This document shows positions 35,995 to 44,580 of a DNA stretch of 64,000 bases, in pieces; the stretch's first letter is position 1, and every line of letters begins with the position of its first letter. The notes under the pieces are model-generated. The model saw only the letters and a program-made list of their open reading frames with translations. It was not told where the DNA came from and ran no database searches. Source of the DNA: Pseudomonas phage RWG; the sequence record KM411958.1; one strand, 5' to 3'. The position numbers and the translations under genes are program-made.

Positions 35995-36371
35995 GAGATC
36001 CACGATACTCGCCTCACCCCGTGTGTAAGGCACAGCATCCACAGGGACAACCCTGTGAAGACTGCGAGAAGCTTCACCACAGGTTGCCGGTCAAGTCAGC
36101 AGAACCGGCCCACAAGGTCCAGCGTGATACTGCACCCCTGAATCGCTACCAGCGTCCGATCCCACGTGCCTGGAAGTTCGTAGACGTGTACCGGATCAAC
36201 ATGCTGTTCCCCCTGGGTGAACTGGATCCATCCGGTGCCCTGGACCACGCTCGCAAGAAGCTGATGGCACCAGGTCAACGCAGCGGCGGCAAGAGCCTCT
36301 GGCAAGACGTGAAGGAAGCCAGGGATACCCTCAATCGTTGGCTTGAAGACAACGCAGGAGAGGACGACTGA
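35991..36371 (+). CDS. hypothetical Cys/His-rich protein (126 aa)
   Basis: ATGA overlap with the upstream gene, inside ORF 35877..36371. Contains CKAQHPQGQPCEDCEKLHH. Confidence 0.4.
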   Translation: MRDPRYSPHPVCKAQHPQGQPCEDCEKLHHRLPVKSAEPAHKVQRDTAPLNRYQRPIPRAWKFVDVYRINMLFPLGELDPSGALDHARKKLMAPGQRSGGKSLWQDVKEARDTLNRWLEDNAGEDD

Positions 36372-36372
36372 C

Positions 36373-37383
36373 ATGGGTCAGATCTACACCAACCAGACGG
36401 GTATCCCGATGGCCATGGCTTTGTGGCTGGCTTCGGACTACTACGACTACAGCGAAGCAGGGCTGTCAGCCACCACCCTGCTTAAACCAATCAGGCAGGT
36501 TGTACTGGCTCGTCGGATCAAGCCATCCGACTCCATGGCCGATATCGAGGGCATGATCGCCAACCGCATGGGAGCGGCGATTCACGACTCCATCGAGAAG
36601 GCTTGGACCGTGAACAAGGACCGGGCACTGGATGCCCTGGGCATCCCTGCAAGCGTCGCTAAACGTGTGCTGGTGAATCCCACCGAGGCGGAACTAAAGG
36701 CGTTCAACGAAGCCAACGAGCAGCCTGCTATCACCGTCTACATGGAGCAGCGGTCCAAGAAGGAGTACGCAGGAGTAATGGTATCCGGCAAGTACGACTT
36801 CGTGGCAGACGGCCAGGTGGAAGACTTCAAGTCCACCACCACCTTCAGCTACATCAAGGACTCGAAGGACAGCGACTACATCCTACAAGGGTCGATCTAC
36901 CGTGCTCTCAATCCTGGGCTGATCACCAAGGACACCATGCGAATCCACTTCATCTTCACGGATTGGCAGAAGTTCATGGCGAAGCAGAACAAGGACTACC
37001 CTCAGAGTCGTGTGGCTTCGAAGGTATTCAACCTGATGCCCATCGCCGAGACGGAAGAGTGGATCACCAACAGGGTGAAGTGGCTGATGTCCCTGAAGGA
37101 TACCCCTGAAGCGGATCTGCCCCTGTGCAGCGACGAAGAGCTATGGCGTAGCCAGCCGGTGTACAAGTACTATCGTGACCCCGCCAAGGCTGACCAGAAG
37201 GGTGCTCGCAGCACCAAGAACTTCGACAGCCTGTCGGAAGCCATGGCTCACCGTGCCAAGGACGGGAACGTTGGCGTAGTGAAGACCATCCCTGGCCAAG
37301 TGAAAGCCTGCCTCTACTGCCCGGCATACCTCCTGTGTACGCAGAAGGACATGCTCATCGCCAAGGGCGACCTCATCGTATAA
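36373..37383 (+). CDS. PD-(D/E)XK nuclease with C-terminal Fe-S cysteine cluster (Cas4/RecB-like exonuclease)
   Basis: YDFVADG...EDFK...QGSIY (D / E-x-K / QxxxY motifs). C-terminal CLYCPAYLLC (C-x2-C-x5-C) plus one upstream Cys. Confidence 0.6.
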   Translation: MGQIYTNQTGIPMAMALWLASDYYDYSEAGLSATTLLKPIRQVVLARRIKPSDSMADIEGMIANRMGAAIHDSIEKAWTVNKDRALDALGIPASVAKRVLVNPTEAELKAFNEANEQPAITVYMEQRSKKEYAGVMVSGKYDFVADGQVEDFKSTTTFSYIKDSKDSDYILQGSIYRALNPGLITKDTMRIHFIFTDWQKFMAKQNKDYPQSRVASKVFNLMPIAETEEWITNRVKWLMSLKDTPEADLPLCSDEELWRSQPVYKYYRDPAKADQKGARSTKNFDSLSEAMAHRAKDGNVGVVKTIPGQVKACLYCPAYLLCTQKDMLIAKGDLIV

Positions 37384-37394
37384 ACCTGGAGTAA

Positions 37395-39572
37395 ATGATG
37401 CTCAAGTACGAGGAAATGCAACACCATCCGACCTCGGAACGCATCGTCGAAATTCTGTGTGAGAAGACCCAATCCAAGAACCACAGGTTCTTCAGGATCT
37501 TGGTTGGCTTCCAGTTCTCGATGATGGCAGCGCATATGCGTTGCCACATCAAGACTCACGAACGCGGCGAGATTCCGGTCAACATGTACGCCCTCAACCT
37601 GATGCCTTCTGGCGCAGGTAAGGGCTTCTCCACGAAGGTGATGGAGGACCAGATTACCTATGGCTTCCGCCATCGGTTCATGGAAACCTTCGACACCGCA
37701 GCCGAGAAGCACCTTGACGATCTGGCGTTCAAGCGCCACATCCGTAAGGGGTCCGAACTACCCGACGAACAGGAAGCTGTCCGTAAGGAGTTCAAGTCTC
37801 TCGGCCCCCTGCTGTATGACTTCGACTCGGGTACTGGCCCAGCCGTCAAGCAGATGCGTCACAAGCTGCTGATGGCCAACGCTGGTGCGGTCAACCTCGT
37901 CGTCGATGAGATTGGCTTGAACCTGCCTGCCATGACCGAGATCATGCCGACGTTCCTAGAACTGTTCGACGTGGGTTCGGTCAAGCAGAAGCTGGTCAAG
38001 AACACCAACGACAACCTTCGCGGCGAAGAGATCATCGGTCGAACGCCCACCAACCTCATGGCTTTCGGTACCCCCGGCAAGCTGCTGGATGGCGGCAAGA
38101 CCGAGGACCAGCTGATGGAGTTGCTGGAGACTGGCTACGCTCGTCGTTGCTTCTTCGGCATGGCTGGCGAAGGCAAGAAGGTGGACATGACCCCGGAAGA
38201 GGTCTATGACCTCATGACGAAGAACTCCACCTCCACCTTCATCGAAGATCTCTGCGATGACCTGGAACGTCTGGCAGACGCAAGCAATATGCGTCGAGTG
38301 CTCACCATGGACAAGGACACCGCTCTGCTGTCCATCGAGTACAAGCTGAAGTGCGAGAAGATCGCAGCAGGCTTGCCGGAGCACCAGGAAGCCAAGAAAG
38401 CAGAAGTGACGCACCGGTACTTCAAGGCTCTCAAGCTGGCAGGTGCCTATGCTTTCGTGGACGACTCGCCGGTACTCACCATGGATCACCTCTACGCAGC
38501 CATCAAGGTTGCCGAGGAATCTGGTGAGTGCTTCGACATGCTCATGACCAGGGACCGTCCCTACGTGAAGCTGGCGAAGTACCTGGCAGCGACCAACTCG
38601 GAAACCACCGTGGCCGAACTGGATGAAGATCTCCCGTTCTACCGTGGCTCCCGTCAGCAGAAAGACGACATGCTGGTCATGGCTACTGCCTGGGGCTACA
38701 AGAACAACATCATCATCAAGAAGACCTACGAACAGGACATCATGTTCCTCCGTGGGGAAGCACTCCAAGCCACCGACATCCATGACAAGAGCATGATCGT
38801 GGCCTACTCGCAGGACATCGCGTACGGCTACTTCAACGATCTAGCGACTTGGGATGACCTATGGAAGATGACCCAAGCCAATGGTATCCACTGGATCAAC
38901 CACCACCTCAATGGTGGGGAAGAGCGAAAGGGTCACCGCAATGAAGAGAACTGCCGGGTTGGTTTCAACCTGCTGGTTATCGACATCGACCATGGGTGCA
39001 AGCTGTCCACGGCCAAGGAATTCCTGAAGGGCTACAAGGCTCTTCTGTACACCACGAAACGCCATCAGACGGACGGTAACGGTGATCGCTTCCGCATCAT
39101 CCTTCCGTTGAACTACACCCTGAAGATGGACGCCAAGGAGTACAAGGAGTTCTACAACGCCGTCATCGAATCCCTGCCTTTCGAGGTGGACGATGGCGTC
39201 GGTCAGCGTGCACGGAAGTGGCTATCTCATGCCGGCCACTACGAATACCTGGATGGTGAGTTGTTCGACGCACTGCCCTACATCCCGAAGACCACGAAGG
39301 ATGAAGAGCGTCGGCGTAACCTCAAGGATCAGGCGTCGATGGACAAGCTGGAGCGTTGGGTAATCAACAACACCGGCGACGGCAACAGGAACAACATGTT
39401 GCTCCGTTACGCAATGATCCTTCTGGATGCTGGCTTCAGCGTCAATGCAATCCACGGCAAGGTGAACGAACTCAACTCGAAGATGGCTGACAAGCTGTCG
39501 GAGATCGAGATCGCTTCCACCATCATGGTCTCTGTAGCCAAGAAAGCTGGGGCAAACGGCAACTTAGCTTAG
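37395..39572 (+). CDS. putative DNA primase/NTPase (AEP-like motifs in C-terminal half)
   Basis: 725 aa. LLVIDIDHG (AEP motif I-like hhhDhD) and GNGDRFRII (motif II-like) at about residues 500-560. The N-terminal half has a degenerate P-loop PSGAGKGFST and LVVDEIG. Confidence 0.4.
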   Translation: MMLKYEEMQHHPTSERIVEILCEKTQSKNHRFFRILVGFQFSMMAAHMRCHIKTHERGEIPVNMYALNLMPSGAGKGFSTKVMEDQITYGFRHRFMETFDTAAEKHLDDLAFKRHIRKGSELPDEQEAVRKEFKSLGPLLYDFDSGTGPAVKQMRHKLLMANAGAVNLVVDEIGLNLPAMTEIMPTFLELFDVGSVKQKLVKNTNDNLRGEEIIGRTPTNLMAFGTPGKLLDGGKTEDQLMELLETGYARRCFFGMAGEGKKVDMTPEEVYDLMTKNSTSTFIEDLCDDLERLADASNMRRVLTMDKDTALLSIEYKLKCEKIAAGLPEHQEAKKAEVTHRYFKALKLAGAYAFVDDSPVLTMDHLYAAIKVAEESGECFDMLMTRDRPYVKLAKYLAATNSETTVAELDEDLPFYRGSRQQKDDMLVMATAWGYKNNIIIKKTYEQDIMFLRGEALQATDIHDKSMIVAYSQDIAYGYFNDLATWDDLWKMTQANGIHWINHHLNGGEERKGHRNEENCRVGFNLLVIDIDHGCKLSTAKEFLKGYKALLYTTKRHQTDGNGDRFRIILPLNYTLKMDAKEYKEFYNAVIESLPFEVDDGVGQRARKWLSHAGHYEYLDGELFDALPYIPKTTKDEERRRNLKDQASMDKLERWVINNTGDGNRNNMLLRYAMILLDAGFSVNAIHGKVNELNSKMADKLSEIEIASTIMVSVAKKAGANGNLA

Positions 39573-39602
39573 GGGTGCCTCCGGCACCCTTTCGCTTCCA
39601 AC

Positions 39603-40349
39603 ATGGAGTCAATCATGACGCAAGTGAACGACCATCTGGTCTTGGTTTCCGGTCTGTCCGCTACTGGCAAGTCTGCTTGTCTGCGGAATCTACGGGAGCC
39701 GGAGAAGGTCATCTACCTGAACTGCGAAGCCGGTAAGCGGCTGCCGTTCAAGTCTCGCTTCATCGAGCGGACGGTGACCGATCCCTACCAGATCCCCACT
39801 GTCTTCGATGCAGTGGTAGAAGGGAAGGTAGAAGCCCACACCATCATCATCGATACCCTCACCTACCTGCTGGACATGTACGAATCCCAGTACATCTACC
39901 GGGCTGCCAACGGGCAAGCTGCGTGGATGGATTTCCAGCAGTTCTTCAAGGATCTGATGCAACAGAAGGTTGCCAGCAGTCCCTGCAAGGTGATCTTCCT
40001 GGCTCACACCAAGGAAGAGTACAACAAGGCAACCATGGCCATGGACGTGTGCGTTCCGGTCAAGGGCGCCTTGAAGAACAACGGCATTGAGTCCTACTTC
40101 TCCACGGTGATCTCCACCAAGAAGGTGGAACTAGGGAAGCTGGAGCCGTTCAAGGAGAACAACAAGCTCTTGGAGATCACGCCGCAGGAGGAAATGCTTG
40201 GCTACAAGCACGTCTTCCAGACGCAGATCACCAAGGAAACTGTCGGTGAGCGCATTCGTGGTCCCATGGGTATGTGGACGCACGAGCAAACCTTCATCGA
40301 CAACGACATCCAGAAGGTTCTTGACCATCTGGACTGGTACTACAACTGA
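39603..40349 (+). CDS. RecA-like P-loop ATPase (Sak4/AAA_24-like)
   Basis: GLSATGKS (Walker A) and TIIIDTL (Walker B). About 245 aa. Confidence 0.5.
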   Translation: MESIMTQVNDHLVLVSGLSATGKSACLRNLREPEKVIYLNCEAGKRLPFKSRFIERTVTDPYQIPTVFDAVVEGKVEAHTIIIDTLTYLLDMYESQYIYRAANGQAAWMDFQQFFKDLMQQKVASSPCKVIFLAHTKEEYNKATMAMDVCVPVKGALKNNGIESYFSTVISTKKVELGKLEPFKENNKLLEITPQEEMLGYKHVFQTQITKETVGERIRGPMGMWTHEQTFIDNDIQKVLDHLDWYYN

Positions 40350-40375
40350 TTCACGCATCGAAAGGAAACAGCACT

Positions 40376-41122
40376 ATGTTCGGTAACCTCAGCACCAACA
40401 ACAACAGCGACATCAAGGAAGCCAAGGACAGCATCGGCGGCGGCAGTCGTATCTTCGACACCGACATCTATGCCTTCAAGATCCTGGCCGCCTACGGCTC
40501 CGAATCCTCCGGCGGCGCTCTGGCAGTGAACTTCGAGTTCGAAGAGCACGGCACCGGTCGCAAGCTGAAGATTCAGCAGTACGTGACCAGCAGCAAGGAA
40601 AAAGGCCAGAACAACTACTACGTGAACGCCGAGGGCGAGAAGCACTATCTGCCGGGCTTCAACATCGTCAACGCCATCTGCCTCATGACCGCCGAAAAAG
40701 AACTGGCGGCCTGTGTGCCGGAACAGCGCACCCTGAAGATCTACGACTACGACGCCAAGGCCGAAGTACCCAAGCAGGTTCCGGTCCTCGCTGACCTGAC
40801 CGGCAAGGACATCTACCTGGCCCTGGAGAAGATCATCGAGAACAAGCGCGTCAAGAACGAAGCCACCGGCCAGTACGAAGATTCGTCGGAAACCCGCGAA
40901 CTGAACGACGTGGCGGCGGTCTTCCACTTCGGCACCAAGAAGACCCTGAACGAAGCCCGTGCCAAGGCTGAACCCGAGTTCTTCGACAAGTGGAAAGAAG
41001 CCAAGGCCGGTACCGTCCGCGACAAGACCAAGAAGGTCGCCGGTGGCGGCGCAGCTTCCGGTCGTCCTGCACCGGCAGGCGGCCAAGCAGGTGGCGGCAA
41101 GCCCGCAAGCCTGTTCAGCTAA
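40376..41122 (+). CDS. single-stranded DNA-binding protein candidate (N4 gp45-like position)
   Basis: Position after the ATPase. Gly/Ala-rich C-terminal tail ending ...GGKPASLFS. Confidence 0.4.
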   Translation: MFGNLSTNNNSDIKEAKDSIGGGSRIFDTDIYAFKILAAYGSESSGGALAVNFEFEEHGTGRKLKIQQYVTSSKEKGQNNYYVNAEGEKHYLPGFNIVNAICLMTAEKELAACVPEQRTLKIYDYDAKAEVPKQVPVLADLTGKDIYLALEKIIENKRVKNEATGQYEDSSETRELNDVAAVFHFGTKKTLNEARAKAEPEFFDKWKEAKAGTVRDKTKKVAGGGAASGRPAPAGGQAGGGKPASLFS

Positions 41123-41125
41123 GCC

Positions 41126-41491
41126 ATGAAGGTCCGGGAACTGCTCGATTCGTTGAAGCGGCAGTTGAGCTACTGCACGAACCCGCAACAACGCGAACGG
41201 TTGCTGGACCACACCTTACGCATCCCTGTCCTGAGCCCCGGTACTGTCGGGGCGAGGCCATCTGTGGATGTGCTGAGTGTGGTTCCTGGCTTCGATTGGG
41301 ATGACGGTTCGATGTTCTGTGAACCCAATTCCGACATCAAGCTGACCGTACTGACCCCTGAAGAAGTGAAGACCATCATGGCGAGCTACAGCAAGGGGAC
41401 ATCTTGGTTTGCCTACCAGGAAACCAAGAAGCTACGGGAAGAAATCAACCGGCTGAAGAAACAGCTGGAGCTACTCGGAGGTAGCGAATGA
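41126..41491 (+). CDS. hypothetical protein (121 aa)
   Basis: ORF track. Tight spacing with neighbours. Confidence 0.45.
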   Translation: MKVRELLDSLKRQLSYCTNPQQRERLLDHTLRIPVLSPGTVGARPSVDVLSVVPGFDWDDGSMFCEPNSDIKLTVLTPEEVKTIMASYSKGTSWFAYQETKKLREEINRLKKQLELLGGSE

Positions 41492-41931
41492 AAGTCAACC
41501 CGCAAGACGTGAAGAACATGATCGTGGAAGAGTCTTTCACGATCCTTCCCAACGGACTGACCACCGTATGCCAGCTTACCCTGGTCAACGGTTGGACGGT
41601 CACTGGGCAGTCATCCTGTGTGGACCCCGATGAATTCGATGCCGAGATCGGAATCGAGATCGCTCGTCGTAACGCTGAAGACGAGGTGTGGAAGTTCGCA
41701 GGCTACGAACTCATGCAGAAGCTGCACAAGCGGCGGATGGGTGCGAAGGAGCGGCTGAAACTGGAACTCCAGGAGCTTCGTGAGCGGCAAGAAAGGTTGT
41801 TCAACCTGCTGCATACCGATGCTGCTGTTGACATCCCGGAGTACGCCTACAGCCTCCTGGAACAGCAGGAAACTGCTCAGCGTAACCTCATCGACATCCT
41901 CGAAGAGCGACTGAAGCAATGGCGCGACTGA
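41488..41931 (+). CDS. hypothetical protein (147 aa)
   Basis: ORF track. ATGA overlap with the upstream gene. Confidence 0.45.
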   Translation: MKVNPQDVKNMIVEESFTILPNGLTTVCQLTLVNGWTVTGQSSCVDPDEFDAEIGIEIARRNAEDEVWKFAGYELMQKLHKRRMGAKERLKLELQELRERQERLFNLLHTDAAVDIPEYAYSLLEQQETAQRNLIDILEERLKQWRD

Positions 41932-42479
41932 ACGTAATCGGCATGGACCCCAGTATGAGCAACTGGGGACTAGCCTGCGGTCAGTACGACACAACCTCCA
42001 ACACCCTCAGCCTACGGCATATCGAAGTCATCAAGACTTCCAAGACCAAGGACAAGCAGATTCGCGTCAACAGCGATGACTTGAACCGGTCTACCGAGAT
42101 CACCACCAGAGTCATGGAGGTGATCAAGGAAGCCAACGTAATATTCGTGGAAGTGCCTGTAGGATCCCAGTCTGCCGCAGCCATGAAAAGCTACGGCATG
42201 TGCATTGGGATCCTCTCTGCCGTGAGAGCAAGCGGCAAGCCATTCCACCTGCTCACCCCCACTGACCTGAAGGTCATGGCTTGTAACTCGAAGACAGCTT
42301 CGAAGGACGCCATGATCGAATGGGCGGTCAAGAAATACCCCCATCTCAACTGGCCCATGACCTCGAAAGGGGAAGTGATCGCCAGTAAGGCTGAGCACAT
42401 GGCTGATGCCTGTGCAGCAGCCGAGTATGGGGTCTTCCATCACAATGATTTCAAGCTGGCCCTGGCCATGCTCACTTAA
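41919..42479 (+). CDS. RuvC-like Holliday junction resolvase
   Basis: VIGMDPSMSNWGLA (compare RuvC ILGIDPG...G), FVEVP, and HMADACAAAEYG (compare DAADALA). Confidence 0.65.
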   Translation: MARLNVIGMDPSMSNWGLACGQYDTTSNTLSLRHIEVIKTSKTKDKQIRVNSDDLNRSTEITTRVMEVIKEANVIFVEVPVGSQSAAAMKSYGMCIGILSAVRASGKPFHLLTPTDLKVMACNSKTASKDAMIEWAVKKYPHLNWPMTSKGEVIASKAEHMADACAAAEYGVFHHNDFKLALAMLT

Positions 42480-42490
42480 AAGGAACCAAG

Positions 42491-42931
42491 ATGAAAATCG
42501 AACTGCAACAAGCCGAAGTCGCCGCTGGTATCGCTACCTACCTGACCGCCAATGGCCTGAAAGCCGACGCTTCCCAGCTGACCATCTCCTTCCAGACCAC
42601 CCGCAAGGGCGACGGCGGCATCGTGGCTTTCGTCGAAGTACCGGAACTGGCCGTAGCCAGCCTGGTCGGCACCAAGGCACCGGTCGCTACCGAACCGCAG
42701 GTTGCGGAAGTGGCCGAGAAGCCGAAGAAGGCCGAGAAGAAAGTCGTCAACACCGAAGCGGCCGCCGGCCTGGCAGCTGCCGTTGCCGAATCCAAGGCGA
42801 GCGAAGAAGCAGTGCCGGTCGAAGTAGCTACCGAAGAGCCGGATCCGGTTACCGAGGTGGAAGCCAAGAAAGAAGAGCCGGCAGCCGAACAAGCAGCCCC
42901 GGCCAGCACCGGTGGTAGCCTCTTCAGCTAA
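42491..42931 (+). CDS. hypothetical protein with Ala/Glu/Lys-rich tail ending ...TGGSLFS
   Basis: AAGGAACCAAG RBS. The last 15 nt are near-identical to the 3' end of gene 40376..41122. Confidence 0.5.
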   Translation: MKIELQQAEVAAGIATYLTANGLKADASQLTISFQTTRKGDGGIVAFVEVPELAVASLVGTKAPVATEPQVAEVAEKPKKAEKKVVNTEAAAGLAAAVAESKASEEAVPVEVATEEPDPVTEVEAKKEEPAAEQAAPASTGGSLFS

Positions 42932-42988
42932 CACCTCTTCCAGGCCGATAGCCCCCGTAACAGGGGGCTGTCTCTACCGGAGTAAACC

Positions 42989-43393
42989 ATGAAAGCCAAG
43001 TCGTATTACCTCCTGGCCTTCGCTGCACCCACAGGCGTAGGCACCGTATTCCAGTCGGCCATCCATGCTTTCGAGCAGGGCAAGAGCCACGACTTCACCG
43101 TACCACTCATCGCTCAGATCAAGGAGCGTAGCGGTATCGGTGCCAACTCGATCATGCTCAGTGTCTCCTTCCTGGGAACCATGACCGAAGCTGAGTTCAA
43201 CCCACCGTTCCGTCCTGGAATGGATGCCACCGTTGCATACCTCGAAGGTGTGCGTGCTGGCTTGGAGAACTCCGAGAAAGACAACCCGTACCCCACTGGT
43301 TCGGTGGAGGCAGCAGACTACCGTAATGGTCGTATTTCTGGCTTCAGCATGCGTGAAGGCCAACAGCCTCCGCAGGATCACAGTCCACAGTAA
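42989..43393 (+). CDS. hypothetical protein (134 aa)
   Basis: ORF track. GGAGTAAACC precedes the ATG. Confidence 0.5.
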   Translation: MKAKSYYLLAFAAPTGVGTVFQSAIHAFEQGKSHDFTVPLIAQIKERSGIGANSIMLSVSFLGTMTEAEFNPPFRPGMDATVAYLEGVRAGLENSEKDNPYPTGSVEAADYRNGRISGFSMREGQQPPQDHSPQ

Positions 43394-43645
43394 AAAGAGC
43401 ATTCCCTTTTGTCCGCTGATACGTCACTACCTTCATTCCTTTTCTGAAGTTCTCGTAATGGTTACGGGTAGGCGGACTCTTTTTAGTGTTGACTGCCATG
43501 TCAGCCTCCTGTAAGTTGAGAACCATGAAGTGGAGACAACCTCTCACCACCTCATCGGCCCCTGGATACCACTACCAAGTAATCCTTGTCCCACTCGATC
43601 CAAGGGGCCGTTTACCACCTCCCTAATCCAATGCCTCCATAGACT

Positions 43646-43674
43646 AAGCCAGCTACCTCAGCTGGCTTTCTTAT
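43646..43674 (+). terminator. hairpin AAGCCAGCT-ACCTC-AGCTGGCTT followed by TCTTAT
   Basis: Seen directly in the sequence. 9-bp stem. Confidence 0.4.
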
Positions 43675-43698
43675 GTCTATTGACCCAGTAGGCATAAG

Positions 43699-43766
43699 GG
43701 AGTGCTCTGGCCCGTTGCAACGGGTACACCCACCACCCCGCAATGGGGTCCAGACCAGAGCACTCC
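43699..43766 (+). promoter_or_regulatory. three-way-junction structure in the leader of gene 43799
   Basis: 12-bp closing stem GGAGTGCTCTGG/CCAGAGCACTCC encloses the palindromic hairpins CCCGTTGCAACGGG and ACCCCGCAATGGGGT. TTGACC lies just upstream. The RBS lies 20 nt downstream. Confidence 0.35.
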
Positions 43767-43798
43767 ATCCCTTACACCCAACCAGAAGGAACTTCGCT

Positions 43799-44035
43799 AT
43801 GGGCGATTTGAGCAAAGCGTGCATGCTGAAAAACATGCATGTCACCCGTGTGCTACACCTCATCGAAATGCGCAACAAGCTGACGAACACCCTACGGGAC
43901 AATGCCACCGACGACGGTATGGCTACCCTGGAAATGTTCGACGCTGCCCTGAAGCAGGAAACCGACCGCTTCCTCCGCGCTTTCCGTGCGGTAGGCAACG
44001 AGAACATCAACGAGATCAAGAAGGCGGCCGAATGA
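43799..44035 (+). CDS. hypothetical protein (78 aa)
   Basis: ATG at 43799 with GAAGGAAC RBS, inside ORF 43673..44035. Confidence 0.45.
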   Translation: MGDLSKACMLKNMHVTRVLHLIEMRNKLTNTLRDNATDDGMATLEMFDAALKQETDRFLRAFRAVGNENINEIKKAAE

Positions 44036-44349
44036 GCTTGGTAGATGCGGTAGTAGAAGCCAAGCGCCAGGGCGTACAGCACAGCCTTCGTGGCAGCAAC
44101 TACGAGTCCGACATCCCGCCGAGCCTGAAGGCTCTACTGGATGAAGCACTGCGACTGGCCAACGAGCACAGCATCCCGCTGTACTGGTCTGCCAGCCTGC
44201 CCAATGGTGTGATGACTCGTGCTGCTCTCGGCGAGAAGGGCGAGAACATCCACATCCAGTACCTCATGTCCTATGCGGCTGCGGTACAAGATCCTGCCCT
44301 GGCACAAGAAGTTGTGCAGAAAGGTATGGCCTTCCTCGACAAGAAGTAA
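44032..44349 (+). CDS. hypothetical protein (105 aa)
   Basis: ATGA overlap with the upstream gene, inside ORF 43702..44349. Confidence 0.45.
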   Translation: MSLVDAVVEAKRQGVQHSLRGSNYESDIPPSLKALLDEALRLANEHSIPLYWSASLPNGVMTRAALGEKGENIHIQYLMSYAAAVQDPALAQEVVQKGMAFLDKK

Positions 44350-44358
44350 GGAGTCCGT

Positions 44359-44562
44359 ATGGGAGTCCTGAAAGGATTGTTCGGCGCTGGGGCACTGGCA
44401 GGAGCCGTGATAGGCATTCTATTCATTGGCTTCGTATTCAGCTGGATCTTCAGAATACTCGGCGTGGTAGTAGCACTGTTCATCGTGCTACTCATCCTCT
44501 GCTGGGTAGGATGGGAATGGTTGAAGTATTGCTTCAGCAGGAAGAAGGAGGGGGAGCAATAG
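44359..44562 (+). CDS. small membrane protein (67 aa)
   Basis: ORF track. AAGGAGTCCGT RBS. Two TM helices. Confidence 0.45.
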   Translation: MGVLKGLFGAGALAGAVIGILFIGFVFSWIFRILGVVVALFIVLLILCWVGWEWLKYCFSRKKEGEQ

Positions 44563-44580
44563 CTCCCCCTTTCTTCATTA
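44550..44580 (+). terminator. rho-independent terminator between convergent genes
   Basis: GGGGGAGC-AATA-GCTCCCCC followed by TTTCTTCATT. Confidence 0.6.

Noticed and set aside
43612-44082. 156-aa minus-strand ORF across the structured leader and genes 43799..44349
   Set aside because: It runs antisense to two RBS-preceded plus-strand genes, across the inverted-repeat element, with no start signal.
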